Positions 11,496 to 25,062 of a stretch of 64,000 nucleotides of DNA are shown here, piece by piece. The notes under the pieces were generated by a model. The model had not been told where the DNA came from. It did no database searches and saw only the letters and a list, made by a program, of their open reading frames with translations. Location of the stretch: contig NW_026927339.1 of the NCBI RefSeq assembly GCF_032062105.1, positions 186,001 to 250,000 of the forward strand, given 5' to 3'. This DNA comes from Saccostrea cucullata (taxonomy: Eukaryota). Made by a program: the position numbers and the translations under genes. Positions within the stretch are counted from its first letter, which is position 1. Every line of letters begins with the position of its first letter.

Positions 11496-13874
11496 TTTGC
11501 TTTTCTTATTGTTTTTATTTCATATTTGCTCTTTATGGTTTCCATACTTATTATCCATTATCGATAGTGCAGTAGAAGTTCACCCAACCGAAAATGTCCA
11601 ACAGGGGCTAACAAATACGATATCTTTGAAAAATGGTTCGGGTAATTGGGCGGAACGTGTAGAAAAAGTCATGAAATACCGCAAGTCTTAGAATTCCAGA
11701 GAAAACGTAAGACTTGGTTGAAATGAATGTTGGGCAAGACATAGGTAATTCTTCATGTGTTTGCAATTATGATTACGAGTGCTTATTTTTTCAAAAAACA
11801 ATGCTAGTACATTCAAGTTTGTTTCGTCGATGCAATGGTGAAACTCACGTCAGACAGACGGTTGATAGGTAAATGTTAAGTTATATAAGATTTTTTATAG
11901 TTGATTTTATATAGAAATCCAATGAAAACTGTTACTTTCAGAAGCAAGGTTGGTTTTGTGACGTAAATGAGCAGTGCTGGTGGTGACAAGGCGATTATTA
12001 CTGAACCTCTGAAATGTATTGAATAATCATCCAAAACAAATGGATATTTCATGTTTACCTTACTTACTAGTAGAATGGTACTGTCATCAAATGTTAGATA
12101 CAGGAAGGAAAACGTCCAGTTTCCAAAATTTGTTCATTATTTTGTAATATATTTTGAACTCATTGGCAGTACTTACTAAAGACAATCATGAGGCGCAAAA
12201 TAAATTGTTTAGTATTGCATGAATAGTAAGATTTGCAATCCTGTCAAATCTCGGAACGGAGATTTCAGTAGTTACCTTTATATATTAATATACGGTGATA
12301 CGTCACTCTGTATCTGATGGTGCATCCATCTTAACAAACTAAATAGCAGAATTTCCTCCATTGTTCTGGTATTCTGGAAGCTTTTTATTATTTTTGTACA
12401 AACTCCAGCATATAATGACTATCGAGCAAATGTTGTGTTTACTTATATTCAAATTCCATTTAGAAATACCCTCCGTACAAAGTATTGTCTACAGTAGCTA
12501 TGGTGATATAAAGTTGGGGGTGAATTGTGCTTAGTTAGTTCTATGGCACATATTTTAATCTGTTGATGTGTATAAAGTTCTGTCGAAAATATTAGATTCT
12601 GATTGTTCAACTTTCTGCAATCTCAAGACAATTCCTTAGTTGCAGATTGCGGTATGAATTACTCCATGTCTGGAAGAAACATTTAGTTTTTATATATTTC
12701 TTTCTGGACATCTAGTTGGAAAAATATTCCAATATTTCCTATATCACTTTAATTCAGCTACGATGAATTTAAGGTTTTGATTTCGAATTAACGTAATTGC
12801 CAAAGATTTCATACGCATCAGTATCGTCAAACGAAAAGTAATATTATTTAATGACGAAAACATTTCATTGTGTATCAAACTATTAAATTATTTTGATTTG
12901 TTCAGTTTTGATTTTTTTTTTGGCACTGAAATTATAGTCCAACAAGGATATTGTACCAACTGCAGGATTTGCGAAATTTTAAGTATAACCGAGACAGGTG
13001 ATATCTTCAATCAACTGAGAGACATAAACTTCGTATGCAAGTGATAATTGTATAATGCAACATAAATATGATAATGACATGAGCAAACTTGACGTCATCA
13101 TGTTTATCAGAATGTATTGATGTAAGCTGACGATCAATATTTTTTTTCTAATTATAGAACAAATGTGTAAGTCTCTAAAGTGGTCTTTTTCTAGGTGTAT
13201 AAGAAATCAACGTGGAATTAAACGGAATATTTTGTATCACTAAAGCGTCATCGATATATTTAAAAATTACGTTGAATATTACACCAAAGGACTTCTTCTT
13301 TATATGTTTCTTTTATAAAATAGATTCTGCTAAATAGGAATACGAAAGGAAGTCTGCTACTATGACGGCACATTTCGAATACGTGGTTTTTCAACAGATA
13401 ACATCAACATTGGAAAACGTATGTGTGTGTCCAGAATGTATTTTAATGAATCAGTTTTGCAGAGGACCAAGGCCATGATTTTATAAATTTTGTAAATTCA
13501 TAAACTTAAAATGTTCTTTTCTATCGCGAAGAAGTTGTTTTTGATGTTTCGACTTTTAACAGGGAATGCCCATTCCTCTATGGTGTATGACCCCACTTCT
13601 GAATGTTTTGGAGGTCCGTCTTAGCTCTGCTCCTATTGAATTGTTTCATTGCTCTTCCTACATGTATTTCTTCTTTAATGTCCACATCCCATACCCCTAG
13701 GAAGACTGTTATGCTGCTGAAGATAAGCTTCAAATACTGACAGAAAAACCCTTTACACTTCCAGAAAAATGTAAAAGAAAGACTTATTTCGAAGACTGCT
13801 CATATACTAGTATAACAATCAAATTCTCATAATATATGATTTACTGCAAAACCATTCATATGATTTTATAATAC

Positions 13875-14614
13875 CTGGACAATACTCTGTTGCGCTGTTA
13901 CAATTGCGTACACATTCTAAAGGACACCTCTTCCTGCATTCTCTTCCATAATAGCCTTCATTACATTCCTCACCACAGTTGAATCCATATGTTCCAGGAG
14001 GACATTCTATAAATGATAATATAATGAAGTATATAGTTTTGCCACTTTCTTTCTACCATCTACTGAGTATTTGTAAGGTCCGTTTTACGGTTTAGATAGT
14101 AGAACTAAAGCGTATCGTGAGACAGAAACGCGCCTAAATATTAAAGTAAGATAACATAATTATTAAATGGACTTTAATTTTATGTGGCAAACAACTTAAC
14201 ACAAACTTACCTGTACATATATTGTCATTTAGAAAATAACCACTGCAGCAAGATCCAGAACTGAAAAAAAATTAGAATCTTTTATTGCTTTTTAACTAAG
14301 TGAAATATATGGCTATAACGAATAGTATTCAAGCTCAAACGTCCATGAAAAAACAAACGGACTTCCAAAACATAAGAAGTCGAATCAGGTGCCATGGAGG
14401 AGTGAGCATCTCCTGCCGACTGATCACATCCACCGTGTGCTACTTGTCATGATCAAGGAAAAACGGAAAAACCAGTCTACAATTCAGTGTGTTAAAATGC
14501 TAATTGCAGAAGTAAAACCTACAACGATTGTTTCTCTTACCCACACTTGTTTGGATCATTAGCTGTAGAGACATGGATGATATTTAGGAATGTAACAAAA
14601 GATAAAATATCCAT
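13875..14614 (-). CDS. R3: ectodomain-only paralogue (signal, CCxGY and EGF exons). Exons 14614-14541, 14260-14211, 14006-13875; no TM or tail exons found before R2
   Basis: MDILSFVTFLNIIHVSTANDPNKCG|SGSCCSGYFLNDNICT|ECPPGTYGFNCGEECNEGYYGRECRKRCPLECVRNCNSATEYCP. Exon sizes 74/50/132 are identical to R2 and R4. No stops, all 12 Cys present. Confidence 0.88.
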
Positions 14615-15435
14615 TTTCCTTTCCGACACGTTTATTTCTTTTTACACTTCCTCGTTAGATTTTCATATTTCAAACAACCAGGAAAAATAACATTTTTCCT
14701 TATTTGGAAATTATTTTCTAATGAGGTAAGTTACACCAAAGTATATTTTATATGTGTTCGAAGTATCATTCTTGACATGTGAGTGAATCAATAAAAACCA
14801 AGTCACCTCTTATTTATTTTATTTAATATATGTTTTCAAATTTAGAACTTACATGAAATATTGCTGTTTTTCAAATAAAAATATTAGAGGCTAAGATTTT
14901 CTGTTCATTCATGCTTATCAAAGAATCAAGTATCAGGGTTTTTTTTAAAAACAACGACATTAAAGCGTCTGTATTAAGATCATTTCTGAATCATAAGAAT
15001 GTGGTCACAGTTCTCTGAAGTTTTTGATAATATACCATTGTTCTGGCAATAATGGTTAGACCGAAACTGAACCATTTGGCGAAATGGTAATGCTACCAGT
15101 GACTCCTAAGTTACTTGTGGAAAATTATCACGCCAGTTTCTACGTAGTGGTATTTTTGTTACCAGTCAAGAAGCTGATTGGTAGTTTGTACCTACTCCCT
15201 ACTGCAATTATCTCTAAAGTAAAGTTTGGCTTTAATTTAGTCTAGTTTAAAAAACTTATTTTTGTTGCTATTGTAAATATATCAGATCTGGTTCAAATGA
15301 CTTTGCTTAAACCTGCATAGATTGCAAATATAGCATCAATAAATAAGGACAACTTACAAATCAAGGAAAGAAGACTAAGTTGTCTGCAACAGAAGTAAAG
15401 AGGGATGAACTTCCATATTTATCATATGCTGAATA

Positions 15436-16517
15436 CGAGGATTGTCCAAAAAGTTCGTGGATAATGAAGTTTTTGTGAAAATAAATGGTTCTATATAAAT
15501 CTGTTGTATATCAAAATATTTCTTATGAAAAAACAAGTCAGAATGATTTAGTTTTTGTTGATGGAACGTAATATTTTTGCAAAAATCGGGGTCTTTAGAG
15601 GTCGCAGATAGTGCGCACGGACCAAGGTTAAAATGATGTAAACTCTGATATAAACAGTTCGGATTAAAATGATTATTTTTTATATAAAACAAGTCAAAAA
15701 TTATAAAAAAAAAAAATTTATGTAACACAAATTAAGAGGTTATTATCATTTTATGATATCTTAAATATCGCTTACTATATAGACAACGAAAATATACAAA
15801 GAAAACCTTAGCAAGTACGTGTCAAAACTCAACAGAAAAAGTGACGTCGCACGTCGGCACGGGGCAGCATCCGGTCAAAAAATTAAGTTTTATAACGGTT
15901 GAAGGGTCAAAATATTTGTTTAAACAACTCAAAATTATTGAAATATATTGAATGTATCGATTAGGGATTCGTAAATACGATTTTTCAACAGTGTGTACAA
16001 ATTTGAAGTCACTACAAGAATTTAAAAACACATGTTATTAACTGTAAATGGAGATTTCTATACATGACGTTGTTATAAATCTAGCGCAGCGTCGGACTGG
16101 GCTGTTCAGTTTGGATATACAAACTGTTCATTTAGATGACCCTCGTAAATTTGTGTGCATTGTTTTGAATTTTAAAAATTAAATAAATTATAATATATCC
16201 TTAATGATTAATGCTAGCACTTCGAAGTGCGTTGCGCCTTAAAAAAGAAATGTAGTGTGAGCCATGAACATGCGTTAAATAAAAATCACATGTTTGACGT
16301 TATAATGAAATTAGCGTAACGTCAGACTGGTCCGTGCACACAATCTGCGATCTTTAAAGACCCCGATTTTTACAAAAATATTAAGTTTCATCAATAAAAG
16401 TTACATCATTCTCACTTATTTTTTCATGAGAAAATATTTTGATATAAAATAGATGTATATAGAACCATTTATTTTAATAAAAACGTCATTGTCCACGAAC
16501 TTTTTGGACAATCCTCG
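15436..16517. mobile_element. Non-autonomous Tc1/mariner-type element with TIRs of about 190 bp and TA TSD
   Basis: TA|CGAGGATTGTCCAAAAAGTTCGTGGA ... TCCACGAACTTTTTGGACAATCCTCG|TA. Imperfect inverted similarity continues to GCGCACGGACCA/TGGTCCGTGCAC. No transposase ORF. Confidence 0.92.
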
Positions 16518-17789
16518 TATACGTTTACTCTACAAAATAAATCTGCAATATTTCACCACTAGTGAATTATCGGTAAAGAAAACTTTTTGAGAAGATTTGC
16601 TAAAAATGGCAAAGATGAATATTTTAGGAAGAAAATACTGCTTAAACAGCCAGATTATTCCTTACAATTTTCAATGCTAACAAAGGGGATATATCAGTTC
16701 ATTTTAATATAATATTTTTTTCAATCTCAAAAACCTTTTTAATGCTTTGCAAAAATATATTTCAGAGGAAGTTTAAAAAACATGTGGATACTTAAGAACT
16801 CCAAGGATTGAAAACTTTAAATTTAAGTCAATTGCATTCCAATTTCCAAAGTTTTCAATATTCTTTAACAATTATTCCTCACGATAAGTTAAGGTACAGG
16901 CTTTTGACATAAAAAAAACAGCTGCCTCTTATCAAGTTATTCTGACGTTTTGTCAACTAGCAATGGTTATTTCCAATACGTCGATTTGATATATCCCGGT
17001 GAGCTTCCGATAAAAAAAAAATCCACAGTGTCTGACACATCTATTTCATGTTTGAATATTTTATTTTTGATGGTAATCTAACAACAAAGCTCTGTGATAA
17101 ACGTGATGACTTGATATGAAGCATAAGGTATTTTTGAAATCTACATAAACAAGGAATCACTTGACGCAGCCTTTAAAACTTTCAACATTTGGTAATATAT
17201 CGACGACGTATTTCAAATAAATAAAAAAAACTCTTGACATTCCTATTTCGAAAAATATAATAATCCTTTTGAGCCCGTAAAACTGACAAATCTTTTTCCT
17301 ATGCAATTCTATCTAGAATTTTTTTTCATTTAAACCTTACAACAAAGCTGTCTTGAAAATGCAATTGATCATTTGTTTGAAAGTTAACTGTCATTTTTCT
17401 TACTATCACAATGAGTATACGTATTGGTTGGCTGGTCAAAATCGATTGCCTCGCCTCCGTGGCCCATGATACTGCCTTTGGTGTCTCCGTGTTACTCAAT
17501 TGCTGATCTTGTTAGTCTATTTCTGATCTCATTGTGTTAAAGGCCATTGGAGCTTTTTCACTGTTTGTTATATCCATTTTTCTTTCTACCTTTTGTGACA
17601 CAGAAACTAGTTAAAAAAATCCAAATTATTTTAATTACAAATTAATTTGTTTAGTATTCTCCCTATTGATTATAGAGAATAAGCACATCAAAATTAAATA
17701 CTCTCTTATTAAGTAAAATCTTACCAGTCATGTTTATAACAAATTTGATAGTCGTTAATTAAAAATCCATTTAAGATAATTTGAGCATA

Positions 17790-18232
17790 AGTATTCATAC
17801 GGCGTTTATATATCTCTGTTGATTCGATAAGCAAGAACATGCTCTACGTATGAATAATTTCTAAAAAAGAGGTAGATTATTGACAAGCAAGTTTATGAAA
17901 CAAGAATATCAACAGTTTCGTTTAAAATCAACATTTCGTAAGTTCTTTGGTCGATACAATGACATTGTCAGCAAATGCAATTATCATTGAGTCAAATGCT
18001 GATTGACGTTTTTCATACTAATTATTAGTCCATTATATATACACTGAATTGACGACTTATTTTTCAGTTATTTCCCGATCATGACAAAGAGCATACGGCA
18101 AGAATGCTCACTCCTCCATGGCACCTGTTCCCACCTGTTATGTTTCAGAGGTCCATGTTTGTTCTGCCTCTATTTCGTATTGTTTTATTGACTTTTATAT
18201 TGCATACTGTTACTTATCTCCATATCCTTCAG
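17790..18232 (+). mobile_element. Penelope-like 3' end; further RT fragments at about 16960-17390
   Basis: Close match to 3515-3969. Confidence 0.8.
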
Positions 18233-19209
18233 AAGATGTCAATATACAGTTTATTAAGAAATTTCTAAATAAATTGTATGATTTGTGGAGAAAAAAGTGA
18301 TAAATTTATTTCATCAAGTCTCTATAGTGAGAACTTTCCACTGACATGATTATGAATAAGAAAAGCGTCTATCAAGGATAGAAAGCATATACTATATGAA
18401 CATAGCAAGAAGAATTAAGGCCCAGATGTCCCATTGAAATGCATCGAATTGGCAGCGGAAAAAAACATAAAAAACACAAATCTCTGAAACAATCAGATAT
18501 GGATTACGCCCATTAAGGAGTAAGCATGTCCTGTGGACATCTTTTATTCACCAAGCGCTCTTTATCATGATCTGTCAAATAGAATATTTTCGTTTACCTG
18601 ACGTGGCTACATCTTCACTTTACTGGTGCGTAGAAATTATTAGCAGGTGCGAATTTTATACAATAGATTCAGCATACCGATTACGTAAAAATGGAAGTAA
18701 AACAAAATTGACCTGTTCTTAGATTCCATGTTGTGCATGTTCCTGAACTTCTGGACAGTAAGAGGTTAATTTCAGGCTAGGGTTTGATCAATTTTTCCAA
18801 CTTTTTCAGATCAATTTTAAATCTAGCTTATTTTTTGTGCGAGCTGTTTTACTGCTGATTTCAGGCGGTAGAAAAACATTTGTATAAATGATATAAAAAT
18901 AATAATGTATTTATTAAAGTTAATATTTTTTTTTAATTTTTCTCTCAACCTAATGAATACTTATATAATTAAAATGCTTTTTAAAAAGATCTTTTTAAAC
19001 ATTTCTCTCAGAGGACGTGAAGCAAAAATTTTGACATAATTACGTATTGGAAATTAAAGAAATACATGACTGTTAAGTGAAAGTGTAAAAAAAAAAGTAA
19101 CAATAAAGTAACTTTAGATCATGTTAAGCTTTATAGATAAACAAAAGCAATAATATTGTAAAAATACATAATATTATTGTTAAAATTAAAACATATGTTC
19201 ATAGCTGGT

Positions 19210-21781
19210 TCACGTCTGTTTCTTGTCAGCTGTGGATATGAAGGTGTTGACAGAATGTTCTACACTGTTTATTACATCCGTTTCGTCATCAAATTCGTCG
19301 CTATCAAATACGTCTTCTCCATCTGACACATCCTGACATAGCAGTTCCAGAGACATGTCCGATTCCTGCTTTGTATTGTGGCACTTTTTCTTTTCTGGTT
19401 TACTGTAAACCACTCCTGACTCGTCTGTTGAGGTTTTGTCGGCGGACCAATTGGTTTCTCTATAATCCTGGGCATGAGATTGTAGAATTGAGCTGCTATG
19501 GTAGATTTGCATTTTCCTGTCATTTTCGTTCCTTTCGTTGTTTGAGGAAATCTGATTTTGGCTAGCGGAAATAGCATTATCTTAAATATAAAAAAAAAGA
19601 AGTTAACAAGTCTGCTCAGGCACTGATGATCTTAATTACTAAATTGTTTTTGGTGCTCTTCTGATTTGTGACAAAACCCTACAAAATATTTTTATCTGGT
19701 GCAATATATTTTCTTTCAGTTATTTTTTATCATAACATTTTTAATGAAACAAGAACCTTTACCAAATTGCCCCTTCTTTTTATGTCTCTCTTTACTGAAA
19801 AAGAAAAAAAATAGATCTATATTTATAAGATAAAATCCCATTTGTTTGAAATAGATATGGTAAGCAAATACGGAATTGCTAATCGATTAACCGCAAGACA
19901 TTCCGACCGATTATCCTGTTAAATCGTATCAAAATGCACAGTTTTCGGCTTTTTCTCCCCAAGAACATTCTGACAATAAATTTTCAAACCACGAAAAACA
20001 TTTCCTCTCTTGTATGATCTATACCAATAGAGAAAAAATGCTTTTCTGCAAGTCGTTCCATCTTTTACCATCAATTTTTTTTTTTAGAAATATTTTCTAT
20101 ATCCACAAAATATAAATTGTCTTAATCATATTTTTCCAGGATTATTTTTAAAAGGAAACAAGAATTTTCAGTGGATAAATCTGCAAATTTATAAAGAATT
20201 CTGAAATTCAGAATGTCACGAAAACTTGTCAAAATAACAAGATGCAAGAGGCAAAGTAGAAACATATGTTTAGATGCATGTATCAAGATGCACTGTGTAA
20301 AACTGTCTCTAATATGAACAGAAAATTGTATGATAGAAATTTTACCAGAGTAGGAAAGATCCCATACAAGTACAGCAAATAAGAACAAAGGCTGATGATG
20401 TTCCAATAACGACCAATAACCTTTCCACCGGGAATTTGTCTAGTTCTTTTACAAAACAAATTTAGATATAAATGTTAATGCTTTCCTTTATTTGAGTCTT
20501 ATTTCAAAAGGTTTCTTTTTATCCTTGCAATGGTTGCTCTTCCGAAAATGTTTGTTCTGAATAGTCTTCAAATTCATGTTCATTAATTTACCTAAACATA
20601 TCCCTGTTGTTTTATTGCAGCTGTCTTCACACATAGTCGGACATCTTTCTTTGCAATTTTTTCCATAATATCTCTCCGGACATTCTTCGCTACAATTTTT
20701 TCCGTAACTTCCAGGAAAACATTCTGTAAAAAATAATTCAATTAATTGCAATATCCTTGCTTTAATTGAATGTAAGAAAAAGGCCTTGGTCAATTCTATC
20801 TAGTCAGTTCTTCTGAGTAAAGAAAATTCACATTATTCTTTTCACATATAATTTTGGGGGAAAAAATTAAACAGAAAAGGCTAGTGGAAAATAAGTTTAT
20901 ATTATAGTCCTTTCAAAAATGGCAAGCAATCATTTAAAGTAAACATTTGGTTCCTTTTTGTTTATTGATTTCCTTTGAAAATTCAATCCTCAACGTGATA
21001 AGTATTCTAACTAGTATTCTGCCCTGAATTCTTTTATTTGTTAGGACGTAATATTTATATCGACATCTGACTACTTTGATTGATGTATATTGTAGGGCTC
21101 CCGTCAGATGCGACTGGTCGATAGGAGATGCTTACTCCTTCGTGGTACATGGTCACATTTCCTATTTTTTTAGAGGCTTTACCATGTTTACTATTTGTGC
21201 AGTAAAGGTTTTTGCAATTGTTCACTGTTCATTAGTTTTATATTTTTTACTTTATTTATGTTTTTTCCCATTTATACTTCACTTAACGATAAATTTCAAG
21301 GACATGGTGTTTTCTGGTTTATCACATTATACACTTGTCGGATCACGTGGTAAGGAACGTAATAAAAATGGCAGTGCTTTTTTATGCGACGTACCGTTAT
21401 AAGTGCATCTATTGTTATTTTTATGTAATTTTAACTTGAAAGAACATATAATTACTCTCATTCATATACACTATCGATGATAATATACACATTTTGTCCT
21501 TATAGAAATTACACATTAAACAGTTGCACTGAAACACTAAATACTTACTCATTTTTTTTTAATTACCTGTACATTTGTTTTCTCGGAGAAAATATCCAGT
21601 ACAGCATATTCCCGGTCTGTAAAACACATTATTGTTATTTTTACGTATAATATGTCTATGCTATTGTTTGAAACACTAATAAAACCAACAAAACTTGTTC
21701 GACTCACCCACACATGTTTGGGTCCTTTGTGACGGCAGTGTGCAAGACGTTTAGGAATATCACAAACGACACAAGGTCCAT
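19210..21781 (-). CDS. R4: complete paralogue, 252 aa, short stalk and tyrosine-depleted tail. Exons 21781-21708, 21616-21567, 20723-20592, 20445-20346, 19794-19763, 19580-19210
   Basis: 759 nt in frame. MDLVSFVIFLNVLHTAVTKDPNMCG|PGICCTGYFLRENKCT|ECFPGSYGKNCSEECPERYYGKNCKERCPTMCEDSCNKTTGICL|ELDKFPVERLLVVIGTSSAFVLICCTCMGSFLL|CKERHKKKGQF|DNAISASQNQ..VVYSKP..FDSDEFDD..KKQT*. The tail matches ORF 19210..19512 and the EGF exon matches ORF 20488..20793. Confidence 0.9.
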
Positions 21782-22002
21782 TTTCATTTACCTCAAATTA
21801 AATTTTAATGTATGTTTCCTTGTAAAGTCCTTTGAATGTATAACAATTATATATTGAAAATGACCAGGAAAAAAGGGCCCTTCCCTCATTAGTAAATATG
21901 TACCAGGTGTTTAATTTTTAGAAAGTTTTGATGTAAGGCATTACTCAATATATCAGAAACATATCAAATAATTAAATATTTTATACTAATAATGCAACAT
22001 GT

Positions 22003-22046
<44 letters not shown>

Positions 22047-25000
22047 TCTCTCTTATTTCTCAAAGAACACTCAGGACATTCAAATGAGGTACACTTGCTT
22101 TTACACTTAAATTGATATGAAGTTTTAATAAAATTCCTTATGTGCAATATGCTTTTAACTTTTTATTTGCTCTATTAATGTATTTTTTCCTTTTTTAAAA
22201 AACATAATTAGAAATGGATTGAAAAAGTATTTATCATACCAATGTACAATTTATCTGAGGGTTCTACACGAAAAACGGACATTTGCAATTACAAGTTAAA
22301 AATGTGCATACATAATAATTAATATTTTTTTTAAATTTAAATTGCTTCAAAATTTCAATAAACTATTTCTTTATGATTTTTTTTATGTAAAACTTGTCTC
22401 ATTAGGTTTCTATATAGTCCGATAATAAAGACATTTTAAAAAATCATTATGTTTTTTAAGTAAAAAAAATGCCATGTGACCATAACCAATACAAAACGTG
22501 CATATGGCATAAACTATTTTGTCAAAATAGCGATAACATTCAACTTCTCAATGAAATGGGTTTGCATTTTTTCTGCGATGTGTACTGATAAAGAACTACC
22601 AATAAGAATATGTTTCTTACCCTCCAGCTATAGGTACTTGTTCTTTTAAGAGAGGAGGTCAATCTATATTTCTCAAGATTTCCGTAACTTTAACTTGTAG
22701 AACATTTACGACTTCTTGCTATATCAACATTTCGAAAAGTCTTTGTTCAATAAAATATTCTTTTTAAATACAATATTTATTTTTTAGTGTTTCATATTGA
22801 CAATTTTGAGGACAAACGAGACGTTCCTTAATAATAGATAATTTTTTCTAGGAGATTGTCATTGAAGTATTACTACTTAAATATGTCTACTCACAAAAAT
22901 TGAGGAACCTTACCAGGCATTTCTGCAAGATAACAGGAGTACCGTAGTTTTTCTTATATAATCCTTTGGGGAAGAAAAATAATTTTCCAATTTCAGATGT
23001 TTAAGTGTTTGGATTTTTTAAAAAACATCTAGAAACTGGTTTAGAAATCAGAATATTAAGAAAATTTTAAATATTTTTCATACATTACGAAGATATACAA
23101 GACATATTTTGAGGAACGTTTCGTCTGACTTTAAAGTACAATTTTATATCATTAGACTTATACTTATAATGTTTATTGGATTCCGTGCTTGTCAAAGGAG
23201 CTCACGGTAGGCTTGGCTTTTCGGTAGGGTTTCTTACTTCTCCATATGGAGGCAAGTGATCCAACCACTGACTTTCAACTTGATACTCAGTGAAAAGCAA
23301 ATCTATCGTTTTCTCCTTTTATACTCCTCCATGACAATTGATCCCACCTCTGATGATTCGGAGGTCCGTGTTTGCACTGCATTCTTTTTAGTATTGTTTT
23401 ATGGACTTTTGAGCTTGAAGATATAATGTTTGTTATCTCCATATACTTTATGTTGATATTCTTTGTGAAAATAACACTTTAACTCTAAATATTACTTGTA
23501 AATCATTATTAAAGATTATGAAAACAAATTATATTTACATGTGATTTTCAATGGTCGTACAATGTTTGTGGCCAACGATATATCCAAGATAGTACATATT
23601 GTATAGTTGATGTTGAAACAACATTGACAGGAATTTTTTTTCGTATGCTCCTACACCTGTAAATTATGGAGAAAAATGCATAATCAAGCAATAAAATTAA
23701 AACCTATATTTTTGATTCAGTATTCGTAACTTCCTTATGGAAAATGCACTGAAAGCTACGTCAAATATTTCCTTTACAACGCAAGTGTGATTCCCGTGTG
23801 AAAGAATTATTAATAACATTTTAAAATTTATACAATATCAATGTATCATATGATATGATAATGAAATACACATAATGCACAGATACATATAGATAATTTA
23901 ATTTTGTTTCTATTCTAGTCTCTCATTGGTTGATTTCCAAAAAGAAACGCAAGTTATTTCTTTATAACCTGGTTTGGTATGGGGACACACCCCCTTGACA
24001 ACCAGCTGAATCATCTGTATCCATATGTATCCTCATTTCCAGCCCTTGGAATTCATGGGAAATTACAGATTTAATAAATGTACCTTTAACTTCAAAGAGT
24101 AGCTCGATTAAACCGCGTGTAAACAAACATCATGGCTGCTAGATCTGTGTATCAGTTATTACCTCCCCTTGTTTCATATCACTTTATTACTAGGGGGATG
24201 TATTATTGCATGAGCGGCAAATTTGAACTCATAAAAAGCAACACAATTTTACACCCACAGTTGCTTAACCGCCACGCGGATTATAAAAAAGCATAAACTG
24301 AACCCAACCAAGTTATAATCGAATAATTTGGCCAGGAATTAGAGTCATTCCTTAAATATTTATATCTGAATGTTTCAAAATAAATCTAATATGAAAAAAA
24401 TCTTTTTATTCATTGTAGATCAATGATTGTGCTGCTATTTTGTAAGTTCACCGTGAAACGACAACTAAGGGTCAGACCCATCTGCTTCATATTTGGATGG
24501 TTATATGACGATAGACCATAAATAAGGTCAAACAACTTTTAAGTATATTGTATGACAAACATGAAGAACTCAGATTCTCCATCGTCAGTTCTCTGAATGG
24601 TGTAATATTTCACCATCACTCAAATCTGGGGTTATGTAGTTTTTAAGAACATTTGATCTTAGTTATTGTTCAATTCATGCATAAACAGAATTTTCCAAAT
24701 AAACAATAAAAGGAAGAATTTATACTCTGAATTGGTGAAAATAATATACACAAACATTTTTAAATATTTTTTCCGTAATAAATTAAATATATACCATGAG
24801 TATGTCACGGAAAGAACTTTCAATTTCTATGCTCAGTATTAAAATTGTTTTACATATTTTAAATAATTTATTAAATTAACGTAAAGGAAACACATAATTT
24901 TAAAACTAACATATGGAAAATGCAAAAAAAAAATCTGGTGCTGGAATATAATTTCTGTACAGTTAAACTATACTTCAATTGTAAACGATGCAAAAAATTT

Positions 25001-25062
25001 AGTTTTACACCGTATTATCTTTTTCAAAAGTAAATGAACAATTTCTAGCAATGTGCATGAGT

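Noticed and set aside
11458-11691. 77-aa plus-strand ORF with a hydrophobic stretch, considered as a small membrane protein or the missing R3 TM
   Set aside because: Wrong strand for R3 and begins inside the L2/CR1 relic; the minus-strand frames contain stops.
13640-13800. Possible R3 TM exon (hydrophobic minus-strand frame)
   Set aside because: Weak acceptor, no similarity to paralogous TM exons, and the frame runs into a Penelope-like tail.
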